Below, in pieces: positions 1 to 10,128 of a stretch of 64,000 nucleotides of DNA. The notes below the pieces were generated by a model. It was not told where the DNA came from. It was given only the letters and a program-made list of their open reading frames with translations, and did not search any database. The position numbers and the translations under genes were made by a program. This DNA is from Flavobacteriales bacterium. GTDB lineage: Bacteria > Bacteroidota > Bacteroidia > Flavobacteriales_F > PHOS-HE28. The stretch lies in NCBI GenBank assembly GCA_016699575.1, contig CP064979.1, positions 2,707,982 to 2,771,981 of the forward strand, in the 5' to 3' direction. Positions within the stretch are counted from its first letter, which is position 1. Each line of letters opens with the position of its first letter.

Positions 1-308
1 TCCAAGAAGGTGATCTTGTTACCGTTGATCACCACCCCGGTCTGCTTCACGGGCTGGTAACCCACATAGCTGAAGGTGACATCGTAGGTCCCCGGTTCGA
101 TCGGCTTGATGAGGTACACCCCATCGAAGTCGGTGGAGCCACCGGCCGCTTGGGTGCCCTTGTTCTCGATCAGCACGTTCACGAACGGCAACGGCTCGCC
201 CGACTTGCCATCGGTGATCGTGCCCTTTAGACTTCCGGAGCCGACTTGAGCATAGCTGGCTGCCGTCGCGAGGCAAAGGGCGGCCAATGAGAGGAACCTT
301 CTCACCAT
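1..308 (-). CDS. 5' fragment (start codon at 306-308, gene runs off the window start) of a carboxypeptidase-regulatory-like domain protein, probably the N-terminus of a TonB-dependent/SusC-like outer-membrane receptor
   Basis: Own reverse-strand translation gives MVRRFLSLAALCLATAASYAQVGSGSLKGTITDGKSGEPLPFVNVLIENKGTQAAGGSTDFDGVYLIKPIEPGTYDVTFSYVGYQPVKQTGVVINGNKITFL: a signal peptide followed by the CarbopepD_reg-type beta-sandwich signature (G.I.D...GEPLPFVNV...TDFDGVY...G.Y...S.IGY). Absent from the ORF track because it is truncated. Confidence 0.55.
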   Translation of the reverse strand, partial: MVRRFLSLAALCLATAASYAQVGSGSLKGTITDGKSGEPLPFVNVLIENKGTQAAGGSTDFDGVYLIKPIEPGTYDVTFSYVGYQPVKQTGVVINGNKITFL

Positions 309-559
309 CAACTGAAGGATTTAGGACTGTTCAGGGTTGCAACGAGGGGCGGTAAAGATCGAAAAAGAACGCTTCCGGCCAAATGCGCTGAAACCCTTGA
401 TGGGCGCAGGTTTCCCGCGTTCGGGGCGTTTATGCCTCCCGGTCGTACAGTGCATTCGCCGTTCGTCATGGCCGATGTGATGGCGAAATATATCGGCCAG
501 CATTCCATAACACGGGGAAATGGGCCCGCGATCATGGTTCCGGGCTATACACGTCCGGT

Positions 560-859
560 CTAGTGCCGGCGTCCGAACAAGCGCACGAAGAAGGGGTCGC
601 GGTGCATGTTGGTGCCATGCTTGCCGGCCCGCTTTGTGTGTTGCTTGATGCGTTTGCGCGTGGCCTTGTCCTGGATGCCCAAGTGCCGTTTCTGCTTCTC
701 CTTTTCAGCCTTCTTGGCGGCCTTCTTCTCGTCCTTCTCCTTTCTGGCCTGCATCTTCTCGGCCTCCTTCTTCGAAATGCCCTCTTGCGCATACCCGGCA
801 AGGGCTCCTCCGCCAAGCAGTGCAATTAGCACCAGGATCCGGGTGATGGCTCGTTTCAT
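560..859 (-). CDS. small Lys/Glu-rich secreted protein (hypothetical)
   Basis: ORF 560..865 with a signal-peptide-like N-terminus (MKRAITRILVLIALLGGGALAGYAQ) followed by a low-complexity KEKDEKKAAKKAEKEKQK region; start placed at the second Met. Weak coding evidence only. Confidence 0.35.
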   Translation of the reverse strand: MKRAITRILVLIALLGGGALAGYAQEGISKKEAEKMQARKEKDEKKAAKKAEKEKQKRHLGIQDKATRKRIKQHTKRAGKHGTNMHRDPFFVRLFGRRH

Positions 860-926
860 GGTCACAAGGTTAATGTCATGGCCCCGCTTACATACCTACT
901 TTCGCTGGCGAACGTTCTACGCAGGC

Positions 927-1358
927 ATGTTCATACGCCCTCAGCATTGGTTTTTCGGTTTGGCGGTGGTCCTTACCATCATTACCGCCTGCAAGAAGGA
1001 GGAGAGGGGCGGGGTGCCTTACACGCTGGTGGACATCCAGTTCAATGTGAACAACCCCGCCTATGTTGATATCCAAGTGCCGGGCGGTTGGGTGTACATC
1101 TCCGGTGGAAGTCGCGGTATCATTGTGTACCGCAAAAGCATGGACGAGTTCGTTGCACTGGACCGGCATTGTACCTACCAGCCCGAGAACGTCTGCCAAG
1201 TGCATGTGGACGATACGCAAGTGATGGCACGCGACACGGTTTGCTGTGGATCAGGCTTCCTGATCATCGACGGCAGCGTCACCCAAGGTCCAGCGGGCAT
1301 TGCGTTGAAAAGCTATAACACCACCTTCAACGGCAGCATCTTGCGCATCTACAACTGA
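927..1358 (+). CDS. hypothetical lipoprotein (143 aa)
   Basis: ATG at 927 starts MFIRPQHWFFGLAVVLTIITACKKEE, a lipoprotein-type signal with Cys lipobox. The upstream 107 codons of track ORF 606..1358 are low-complexity F/S/C-rich and overlap the minus-strand small ORF, so the ORF was trimmed. Confidence 0.55.
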   Translation: MFIRPQHWFFGLAVVLTIITACKKEERGGVPYTLVDIQFNVNNPAYVDIQVPGGWVYISGGSRGIIVYRKSMDEFVALDRHCTYQPENVCQVHVDDTQVMARDTVCCGSGFLIIDGSVTQGPAGIALKSYNTTFNGSILRIYN

Positions 1359-1374
1359 CCCGCTGGGGGGAATT

Positions 1375-1405
1375 GAAAGGCCCTCGGGGGAACCGAAGGC
1401 CTTTC
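1375..1405. terminator. stem-loop between convergent genes (putative bidirectional terminator)
   Basis: GAAAGGCC ... GGCCTTTC inverted repeat with partial inner pairing (ctcgg/ccgaa), located between the lipoprotein stop (1358) and the ahcY stop (1425). No strong U-tract. Confidence 0.4.
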
Positions 1406-1424
1406 GCGTTGAAGGATCGAACGT

Positions 1425-2741
<1,317 letters not shown>

Positions 2742-2818
2742 TGTTCTGCTTGTTCCATCGCTAGACGCGAAGGGGCCGCGAAAGTAGCCTCTTACCGTGG
2801 ACCAGCAGGCGGTGTGGT

Positions 2819-3571
2819 ATGTTCGCGGGCATGGCGGGCGTGCTGCAGTTCCTCGACAGGTCGAAGGCCGAAGGGCGGAAGCTGCTGGCCGTGCTCATCG
2901 ATCCGGACCAGGCAACGGACGCGCGCCAATTGGAACGCACCGTTCAGAACGCGTGCATGGCCAAGGCCGATCTGCTCTTCGTGGGTGGGAGCCTCATGGC
3001 CACAGATGGGTTCGATGCCTGCGTGCGGCGGGTGAAGGATCTGAGCGACCGGCCAGTGGTGCTTTTCCCAGGAAGTCCGGCGCAGCTGAGCGCACATGCC
3101 GACGCAGTGCTTTTCCTCAGCCTGATCAGCGGGCGTAATCCCGAGCTGCTTATCGGGCATCATGTTACAGCAGCGCCTCGGGTGAAAGCGCTTGGCATCG
3201 AAGCTATACCCACCGGCTACATGCTCGTGGACGGTGGCCGCATGACCACAGCGCATTACGTGAGCCAGACCTCGCCCATACCGCACGACAAGCCCAGCAT
3301 CGCGGGCGCCACAGCCTTGGCCGGTTCGCTGCTCGGTTTGCGCGCCATGTACATGGACACAGGGAGCGGGGCCAAGCGCACCGTGAGCGAAGCCATGATC
3401 TCAGCCGTGCGCTCATCCGTTGATGTGCCGATCATTGTTGGTGGCGGTATCCGCGATGGCGCCACAGCACGCGCACTTTGCTTAGCGGGTGCGGATGTGG
3501 TCGTTGTCGGCACAGCGGTGGAAGAAGATCCCGAAGCCGTTTTCGCGCTGAGCGAGGCGGTGCACAGTTGA
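2819..3571 (+). CDS. geranylgeranylglyceryl/heptaprenylglyceryl phosphate synthase (PcrB/GGGPS family, TIM barrel)
   Basis: 250 aa with a PcrB-like signature: [46 protein letters not shown]....[10 protein letters not shown]. Confidence 0.8.
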   Translation: MFAGMAGVLQFLDRSKAEGRKLLAVLIDPDQATDARQLERTVQNACMAKADLLFVGGSLMATDGFDACVRRVKDLSDRPVVLFPGSPAQLSAHADAVLFLSLISGRNPELLIGHHVTAAPRVKALGIEAIPTGYMLVDGGRMTTAHYVSQTSPIPHDKPSIAGATALAGSLLGLRAMYMDTGSGAKRTVSEAMISAVRSSVDVPIIVGGGIRDGATARALCLAGADVVVVGTAVEEDPEAVFALSEAVHS

Positions 3572-3581
3572 CCCTGACATC

Positions 3582-5543
3582 ATGGTGCGGCGCCTCCTTG
3601 CCGGATGTCTTGTGCTGAGCGGGATCACCAGCGGCTTTTCCCAGCCGGATTCGCTCTGGAAAGCCTGGAGCGACACTTCGCTGCCGGACAGCTTGCGCCT
3701 GCAAGCGATTCAAACGCTCGCATGGAAAGCCGTCTTCGAGCAGCCCGACAGCGGGATGAAGCTCGCGGACCTTCAACTGGCCTTCGCGCTAAAGGCAAAG
3801 GACGGTCGGGCGCGCTACGAAGCGTACACGACGCTGGCGGTGGGAAGTAGCATGAAGAGCGATAACCAGGCTTCGCTCGAATACCTGGAACAGTGCGTGG
3901 CCGTGGCGAAGGAGATCGGTGACCGCAAGCGGGAGGCGAACGCTTACCGCAACATGAGCAACGTGCACAAGAACACAGGCGACCTCCCACAGGCGTTGGC
4001 CATGTGCCAGAAGGCGCTCGTCATCAACGAGGAGCTCGGTAACAAAACGGGTTTGGCCGATACGTACAATACCATCGGCAACCTCTACACGGAGCAGGAG
4101 GAGAGCACCAAGGCGCTGGAGAACTACGAACGCAGCCGGGCGCTCTACGAGGAGATGCAAGACACGAAGGGCCGTGCACAAGCATTGCAGAACATCGGCG
4201 CAACGCACCTTGCCATGGGCGAGCGGCCCAAGGCCATTGAAGAGTTCCTGCAAAGCCTCGACCTGTACCGGACCATGGGCCGACGGCTGGAGAGCGGCAT
4301 GGCCTTCAACAACCTCGGGCGTGCTTACACCGGGATGGAGCGCTATGCTGAGGCGCATGCGAGCCTCGATTCGGCACGGAGCATCTTCGGCACCATGGGC
4401 AACAAGCGCCTGCTGGCCCGCACCCACTACTACACCGGTGAGCTTTTGCGCGCGCAACAACTGCACCACGAAGCCGTGACGGCCTGCGAGGCCGGCCTTG
4501 CGCTGGCAAAGTCCTCCGACCTTCTGCAGCAGCAGAAGGAATGCAGTGAATGCTTGATGCTGGCCTACGAAGCGAGGGGCGACCTGGCCAACGCTTTCCG
4601 GGCGCAGAAGGTGTACATGACGGTAAGCGACTCGCTCGACCGCATGAACAACAACAAGGAGGTAATGCGTCTCGAACTACAGCACGCATTCCGCCAGCAG
4701 CAGACCGCGGACAGTTTGGAGCAGGCCCGTGCGCGTTACGAGCGCGACCTGGCATTCCAGCAAGAGCTTGCGGTCGAACGGGAACAACGCAACTGGATCC
4801 TTTTCTCCGGTATGGGCGTCCTGGTACTTGCCGGTGCGCTGTACGGTCGTCTTCGTTACATCCGCCGTTCGCGTGCTGCCATCCAACGCGAGAAGGACCG
4901 TAGCGACGATCTTCTGCACAACATCCTGCCGAAGGAAGTAGCCGCCGAGCTGAAGGACAAGGGCGCCGCGCAGGCGCGTGCATTCGACGAAGCCACGGTG
5001 CTGTTCACCGACTTCAAAGGATTCACGCAGCTATCGGAACAGCTTTCCGCAGCGGAGCTGGTGGCCGAGATCGATCACTGCTTCAAGGGCCTCGATGCCA
5101 TCGTGGACCGCTATCGCATCGAAAAGATCAAGACGATCGGTGATGCCTACATGGCGGTGGCGGGTGTGCCTGATCCCACGCATGCGTCCGCGAAGGAAGC
5201 GGTGCTTGCAGCATTGGACATGCAGGCGTTCATCCAAGGGCGCTTTGCCGAGCGGAGCGCTAAAGGACTTCCGGCGTTCGAGATGCGTGTTGGCATCCAT
5301 ACGGGCCACGTGGTTGCCGGTATCGTGGGGTCGAAGAAGTGGCAGTACGACATCTGGGGCGATACCGTGAACACAGCGGCCCGGCTTGAAAGCAGCGGTG
5401 CGCCGGGCGAGGTGAACATCAGTGCGGCCACGTTCGAGCGGGTGAAGGACCTCCCGGGACTTCATTTCGAAGCGCGCGGTCGCGTGGGCGCCAAGAACAA
5501 AGGCGAACTGGAGATGTTCTTCGTGCGACGCGTTCCGGCCTAG
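3582..5543 (+). CDS. TPR-repeat membrane-anchored class III adenylate/guanylate cyclase
   Basis: 653 aa: signal/TM, multiple TPR-like repeats (LGNKTGLADTYNTIGNLY..., ALQNIGATHLAMGE...), one TM helix (WILFSGMGVLVLAGALYG), then a CYCc catalytic domain (FTDFKGFTQLSE....KTIGDAYMAVAGVP....GIHTGHVVAGIVGSKKWQYDIWGDTVNTAARLES). Confidence 0.9.
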   Translation: MVRRLLAGCLVLSGITSGFSQPDSLWKAWSDTSLPDSLRLQAIQTLAWKAVFEQPDSGMKLADLQLAFALKAKDGRARYEAYTTLAVGSSMKSDNQASLEYLEQCVAVAKEIGDRKREANAYRNMSNVHKNTGDLPQALAMCQKALVINEELGNKTGLADTYNTIGNLYTEQEESTKALENYERSRALYEEMQDTKGRAQALQNIGATHLAMGERPKAIEEFLQSLDLYRTMGRRLESGMAFNNLGRAYTGMERYAEAHASLDSARSIFGTMGNKRLLARTHYYTGELLRAQQLHHEAVTACEAGLALAKSSDLLQQQKECSECLMLAYEARGDLANAFRAQKVYMTVSDSLDRMNNNKEVMRLELQHAFRQQQTADSLEQARARYERDLAFQQELAVEREQRNWILFSGMGVLVLAGALYGRLRYIRRSRAAIQREKDRSDDLLHNILPKEVAAELKDKGAAQARAFDEATVLFTDFKGFTQLSEQLSAAELVAEIDHCFKGLDAIVDRYRIEKIKTIGDAYMAVAGVPDPTHASAKEAVLAALDMQAFIQGRFAERSAKGLPAFEMRVGIHTGHVVAGIVGSKKWQYDIWGDTVNTAARLESSGAPGEVNISAATFERVKDLPGLHFEARGRVGAKNKGELEMFFVRRVPA

Positions 5544-5552
5544 GGGTGCAGC

Positions 5553-6887
5553 TCAGCGCACCACCATGCGCGCGTTCCTCGTGCCGAGCGGGGTGTGCAA
5601 TTGCACCGCATAGACCCCATCGGAAATTGGTTGGCCGAAACGAACGTCCAGCGTTTGCTCACCCTCGCTGAGGTTCAGAATGCCGTCGTACACCAGTCGG
5701 CCCGACAGATCGAACACCAACAGGCGCGCTGTTCCTTGCTCATCGATCACGGCATCCACCGTGATGTTCACTCCCGCGCCATCGTTGGGGACCGGGAAGA
5801 GCGTCAAAGAAGCGTCGGCTTGTGCGTCTTCCGCTTCAACCGAGCGCACCATGGCTTGCACGCCGTTGCGCGTGCGCACACTGCATACAGGACCGTACGG
5901 GCACCACGTTGCACCATTGTCAAAGCTCGCCCTCACTTGCACGTCGTAGTAGCGGCCCGGCTTCAGCGGGTTGGTGGCCCATTTGGTGATCGGCAACGCG
6001 TTCGTGGGTTTGGCTATGGCACGCGCGTAGGTGCCGCGCGTGAAGAGCCATTGGTAACGGTTTGCACCGGGTACTTGGGTTGCGTGGAGCGTGCTGCCTC
6101 CGCTCAGCCAAATGTCCGCACCACAGCTGGTTTCGGGGGCGTCACTTGCGGTCAGTTGGGTCAGGGCACAGGCATCGATGCCGGTCTTCAGGCCTTCACG
6201 CGCTTGGCTCGTCAGATCTGCGCCATCGATCTCCACCAGCGTTGCGCCCAAGCTGCTCACGCGGGCATAGCCGGGGCTGCGCGAACCGGCGCTCATGCCA
6301 TCGCCGCCGCTGTCCATCAGTTCGAAGGTGTAGCAATCCGAAGGCGACAGAACGAGCGTCGCCTGTTGCATCCCGTTCGGTTCCGTGTAAGGTCCGCCTT
6401 GCACCACCACGGCGCCGAGCTCATTGCGGATCATCCACGTGGTTTCGTCCGGGTTGTCGTCGGTCTTCACTTCCACGTTCACGCCATAGCTGCTGCCCGG
6501 TGCCGGTTCGGCTACCAGGGTCTTGCTCAGGATGTTCCCGTTGGCGTCCTCGTCCGCATTGCCGTTCACGCTGATGATGCGCAGCTCAATGACATCGCCC
6601 GGTGCTGCTGGAACTGGTGGGAACGACGGCGTACGCGACTCGCCCGTGGCCGCCGGAACACCAAGGATCCAGTTGAACGAGTTGTCCATCACGCCGTTCT
6701 TCCATGTTTCCACCACGCAAGTGCTCATGGTGGTAGTGCCCACGTTCTTGATCCGCGCTGCAGGACCCGCGCTTCCGGCGCAAGCGTGTTCAAGGCCGGT
6801 GTAGGCTTCGATGCGTGCGTCGTAGTTGGTCTGGGCAAAGGCTGCCGTGGTCAGCAGCGCAAGCGTGTAGGTGGGCAGGATCCGCAT
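5553..6887 (-). CDS. secreted hypothetical protein with T9SS type-A C-terminal sorting domain (Por_Secre_tail)
   Basis: Signal peptide MRILPTYTLALLTTAAFAQ. C-terminal ~75 aa (LTLFPVPNDGAGVNITVDA.....VYAVQLHTPLGTRNARMVVR) has the Por secretion-tail pattern. Confidence 0.75.
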   Translation of the reverse strand: MRILPTYTLALLTTAAFAQTNYDARIEAYTGLEHACAGSAGPAARIKNVGTTTMSTCVVETWKNGVMDNSFNWILGVPAATGESRTPSFPPVPAAPGDVIELRIISVNGNADEDANGNILSKTLVAEPAPGSSYGVNVEVKTDDNPDETTWMIRNELGAVVVQGGPYTEPNGMQQATLVLSPSDCYTFELMDSGGDGMSAGSRSPGYARVSSLGATLVEIDGADLTSQAREGLKTGIDACALTQLTASDAPETSCGADIWLSGGSTLHATQVPGANRYQWLFTRGTYARAIAKPTNALPITKWATNPLKPGRYYDVQVRASFDNGATWCPYGPVCSVRTRNGVQAMVRSVEAEDAQADASLTLFPVPNDGAGVNITVDAVIDEQGTARLLVFDLSGRLVYDGILNLSEGEQTLDVRFGQPISDGVYAVQLHTPLGTRNARMVVR

Positions 6888-6959
6888 GGTCGTTCAGTTG
6901 GCTCTGCCAAAAGAAACGCTCCGCGCGATCAGCTGCAATGGAACCTTTGTTACCCCTGC

Positions 6960-9338
6960 TCAGAACCGCACCGTCACCCCGCCCAGCACGTTCAGCGGTG
7001 CCTGCGGGAAGAGCCCCACCATCTCTTGCCGACGACTTTCGGAGTAGTAGGAATACACCCAGCCGTTGCTCTCGTATTCCTCGCTGAAGAGGTTGCGCAC
7101 GGTGAGGTTGATGTCGATGCCGTCCACCGGCCCGACGCCCGCAACGGTGATGTTGAGGCGGGCGTCGTTCACCAAGTAGGCATCCAGCGAACGTTCGACG
7201 CTGCCCGTGTTGTCGAGGAACTGCTGCCCCACGTATTTCGCGGCCCACGTCAGGTCCACGCGCCCGCCGCGTTGCGAGCGCCAGAGCGTGGCCGTGAGTT
7301 CGCCGCCCGCAATGGCGTTCGGTGAGAACGCGAGGTCCGTTTCCCCTTGCTCCACGCGCACCTGCCCGCCGTTGTCCCAGTCGTCCACGTATTCCGTGAA
7401 GTCGCGCACGCGGTTGCGGCTGAGGGTGGCGTTGGCGCTGAGCAAGAGACGTGGGTGCAGCCGTGCCGTGCACATCAGTTCGACCCCCGCGCGATAACTG
7501 CTGGTCACGTTGGTGCGCAAAGCGGCACCCACATCGTTCAGTTCACCGGTGAGGACGAGCTGATCCTTGTAGTTCATGTAGTAGCCGTTGATGCCGACCG
7601 TAAGGCGGGTGCTGCGCAATTCGTAACCGGCTTCGATATCCTGCATCTGTTCCGGTCGCGGGCGGCTTTGCGGACTGGTCTCGGTAAGGTCGTCGCGGTT
7701 AGGCTCGCGGTTCGCCACGGCGAATGAGGCGTACAACCGGTCGTTCTTGCGCACGCGAACGTTCACTCCGGCCTTGGGATTGAAGAAGGTGAAGGCCGCC
7801 TGCTGCGTCACGTTGCGCAGCTCGTTGTCGTAACCCAAGAAGTCGTGGTTCACGCTGCGCACCTGTGCATCAGCATGCAGATCGATGCGCGGATGAAGGG
7901 TCCACGTCGCTTTCAGGAAGGCGTTCATGTCGGTCTTCACGGCATCGTTGAAGTAGTAACGGTCGCGGATGCCGCCTTCACCGGCATAGCGCGCCCAGAT
8001 CACCTCGCCGAAGTGATCGCCTTCGTACTTGCTGTAGCTGCCGCCGAGCACCAAGCGCAGGTTGTCCATGCGCTGTTCGTAGCTCGCGTTCAACCCGGTG
8101 ATGACATTGTCGAGCCAACGCCTTCGGATGATGTCGCTCGTTGTGATGGTGTCGCCGCCCGCGATCACCGGGGCGATGCCGTAGTTGGCCAGGTCATCGT
8201 CTTCCCTGAACTGCTCGTAGAAGCCTTTGCCCAAAGTCCGGAACAAGGTGATGTTGAGCGCGCCCTTCGCGCCCACCTCTTGATCGAACAACAACTGGTA
8301 ATAGGTCTGCCGGTAGTCGTCCACCTCGTTGTCGTAAGTGTAGGGATTGAACGTGCGGTTGGTGTCGATCACCTCTCGTGGCACGCCGCCCCATGCCTGG
8401 TAGGTCACTTCCTTTCCGCTGAAGGTGATGAACCGCAAGGACCGTGACTTGCCGAGCCAAGCGCCTTGCAGGAAATAGCTGTTCAGGTCTGCGGAAGCGC
8501 GGTCGATGTAGCCGTCGCTGTGCATCGTGCTCAGGCGTCCATCAAGACTGAGGCCTTTGTGCACGCCAGTGCCGAAACGGGCTGCATACCGTTGCGTGTT
8601 GAACGATCCGCCGCTGACGCTCACCGCGCCGAACGCACTGTCGCTCACCGTTGTGGTCCGCACGTTCACGCTGGCACCAAAAGCACCTGGGCCGTTCGTG
8701 CTGCTGCCCACGCCGCGCTGCACCTCGATGTCCTGGGTGCTGGTCGCCAGATCGGGCATGTCCACCCAGTACATGCCTTGGCTCTCGGCGTCGTTGATGG
8801 GCACACCGTTCACCGTGACGTTGATGCGCGTGGCATCGCTGCCACGGATGCGTAGGCCGGTGTAGCCGAAGCCAGTGCCCGCATCGGTGGTGGTGACCAC
8901 ACTGGGCAAATGATCCAGCAGCAAAGGCATGTCCACGCCCGTGTTGGTCCTTTGAAGTCGTTCCGCATCCACCGTGTTCTTCACGAAGGGTGTGCGATCG
9001 CCAGCGCGCAACGCACGCACCTCGGCTTGCGGGAGCAAATAGGAGAGCGGGCGCAGCGAGAAGTTCACCGTTGCATTTCCTGTTGACCCCACCACGACCG
9101 TCGTGTCCACTGGAACGAAACCGAAGTAGGACGCGCTCATCGCAACCCTGCCCTGCTTCAGCACGCCGCTTGTGAACGCCCCATCGCGGTTGGTGAGCAG
9201 CACAGTGCCGTCGATGCTGACCAACGCACCTTCAAGCGCTTCGCCCTCGCCGCTTTTGATCGTGCCTGTGATCCTCGTTTGTGCCCCTGCGAGAACTGGC
9301 ACGGCCAAGGCCATCGCCAACACAACTGACTTCCGCAT
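6960..9338 (-). CDS. TonB-dependent outer-membrane receptor with N-terminal carboxypeptidase-regulatory domain; riboswitch context suggests a thiamin/TPP-related substrate
   Basis: 792 aa: signal peptide, CarbopepD_reg-like N-terminus (ITGTIKSGEGEALEGALVSIDG), plug-domain motifs (DAERLQRTNTGVDMPLLLDHLPSV, GLRIRGSDATRINVTVNGVPIND), long beta-barrel, C-terminal aromatic residue (TVRF). Preceded by a TPP riboswitch. Confidence 0.9.
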   Translation of the reverse strand: MRKSVVLAMALAVPVLAGAQTRITGTIKSGEGEALEGALVSIDGTVLLTNRDGAFTSGVLKQGRVAMSASYFGFVPVDTTVVVGSTGNATVNFSLRPLSYLLPQAEVRALRAGDRTPFVKNTVDAERLQRTNTGVDMPLLLDHLPSVVTTTDAGTGFGYTGLRIRGSDATRINVTVNGVPINDAESQGMYWVDMPDLATSTQDIEVQRGVGSSTNGPGAFGASVNVRTTTVSDSAFGAVSVSGGSFNTQRYAARFGTGVHKGLSLDGRLSTMHSDGYIDRASADLNSYFLQGAWLGKSRSLRFITFSGKEVTYQAWGGVPREVIDTNRTFNPYTYDNEVDDYRQTYYQLLFDQEVGAKGALNITLFRTLGKGFYEQFREDDDLANYGIAPVIAGGDTITTSDIIRRRWLDNVITGLNASYEQRMDNLRLVLGGSYSKYEGDHFGEVIWARYAGEGGIRDRYYFNDAVKTDMNAFLKATWTLHPRIDLHADAQVRSVNHDFLGYDNELRNVTQQAAFTFFNPKAGVNVRVRKNDRLYASFAVANREPNRDDLTETSPQSRPRPEQMQDIEAGYELRSTRLTVGINGYYMNYKDQLVLTGELNDVGAALRTNVTSSYRAGVELMCTARLHPRLLLSANATLSRNRVRDFTEYVDDWDNGGQVRVEQGETDLAFSPNAIAGGELTATLWRSQRGGRVDLTWAAKYVGQQFLDNTGSVERSLDAYLVNDARLNITVAGVGPVDGIDINLTVRNLFSEEYESNGWVYSYYSESRRQEMVGLFPQAPLNVLGGVTVRF

Positions 9339-9399
9339 GTGTACTTCCGTTTTCCTCCTTCCGCCGCACGCAGGGGCCGCGCGCGCCGGTGATCGTGTT

Positions 9400-9488
9400 C
9401 CGATCCCGTGTCCCTTGGCGGCATTACCCGCCCAGGTTCAATGGGTATGATCTCAGCCCCGACGGATCGGGACACCCCAGTGTGAAAC
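9400..9488 (-). promoter_or_regulatory. TPP (thiamin pyrophosphate, THI-box) riboswitch in the 5' leader of the TonB-dependent receptor
   Basis: Minus-strand sequence ACUGGGGUGUCCC-GAUCCGUCGGGG-CUGAGA-UCAUACCC-AUUGAACCUG-GGCGGGUAAUGCCGCC-AAGGGAC. It carries the conserved THI-element blocks in the right order (GGGGUGCCC-like, CUGAGA, ACCC, GAACCUG, UAAUGCC helix, AGGGA), with compensatory pairing in the GGCGG/CCGCC helix. It lies ~60 nt upstream of the start at 9338. Confidence 0.75.
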
Positions 9489-9560
9489 CGGGGCGAAGGT
9501 AATCGCGATGATGAGGTGCGCCACCGGATCACGAAGACGCGAAGAAGGCCAAGGCCGTGC

Positions 9561-10106
9561 TTAGCCAATTTTCTTGCACTGCCTAACGTCCACGATCATA
9601 CTGTAGATCGACGCGGCATCTTGCACAACATCGAACGCGGGCGGGCCTGCGTTGTTCCGGCCAAAACCTATGCGGGAAAAGGGCATTGCTGGCGCAGGTC
9701 CCAACAGCACCGTCCCCCATCCTCCATGCTGTGTTTCAACCGAGACGTTCGTAACGGAATGAAGATCCACTGAACGATCGATGCGCCTTGGTGCCGTGGC
9801 GGTGATGATCGCGCGCTGATCGGTCAGCGTATACCAAGTATGGCGGCGCTGATAGCTCTCAACAAGAAAGCGCCCGAATACGAAGTACATGCCGATACCG
9901 ACGAAAGCGAGCCCGAAGATCTTCATGATGAACGGGGCGCTTGTGGCGATCACCGAGACGGTCCAGAAGACTGCGAACCCGCACCATAGTAGGCTGAACG
10001 GGATCAAGAAGAGGTCGTGGGTCCGTACGCGAAGCCCTTGCTTCGGTTGACCCTGCCACAGGATACGCTCCTCTGCGTTCAATGCTATGACAGGTGGGAT
10101 TCTCAT
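9561..10106 (-). CDS. membrane protein with bacterial PH (bPH_2/DUF304, YdbS-like) domain
   Basis: 181 aa: ILWQGQP motif, two adjacent TM helices (LFLIPFSLLWCGFAVFWTV... / IFGLAFVGIGMYFVFG), then a soluble tail. Confidence 0.5.
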   Translation of the reverse strand: MRIPPVIALNAEERILWQGQPKQGLRVRTHDLFLIPFSLLWCGFAVFWTVSVIATSAPFIMKIFGLAFVGIGMYFVFGRFLVESYQRRHTWYTLTDQRAIITATAPRRIDRSVDLHSVTNVSVETQHGGWGTVLLGPAPAMPFSRIGFGRNNAGPPAFDVVQDAASIYSMIVDVRQCKKIG

Positions 10107-10128
10107 TGTTCCAAGCCAGGTCTGGCGA

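Noticed and set aside
308-535. 75-aa and 60-aa minus-strand ORFs in the 310-560 gap
   Set aside because: No signal, motif or codon-usage support. The region is more likely the 5' leader/promoter of the carboxypeptidase-like receptor gene. No recognisable riboswitch blocks found there.
5595-7325. 576-aa plus-strand ORF
   Set aside because: Entirely antisense to the T9SS cargo (5553-6887) and the TonB-dependent receptor. Arg/Ala/Gly/His-rich low-complexity translation typical of GC-rich shadow frames.
9339-9560. Cobalamin (B12) riboswitch upstream of the TonB receptor
   Set aside because: First guess given btuB-like context, but the conserved blocks present are CUGAGA / ACCC / GAACCUG / UAAUGCC / AGGGA (THI-box). 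No B12-box (AGYCMGGAAGRCCKGCC-like) is present.
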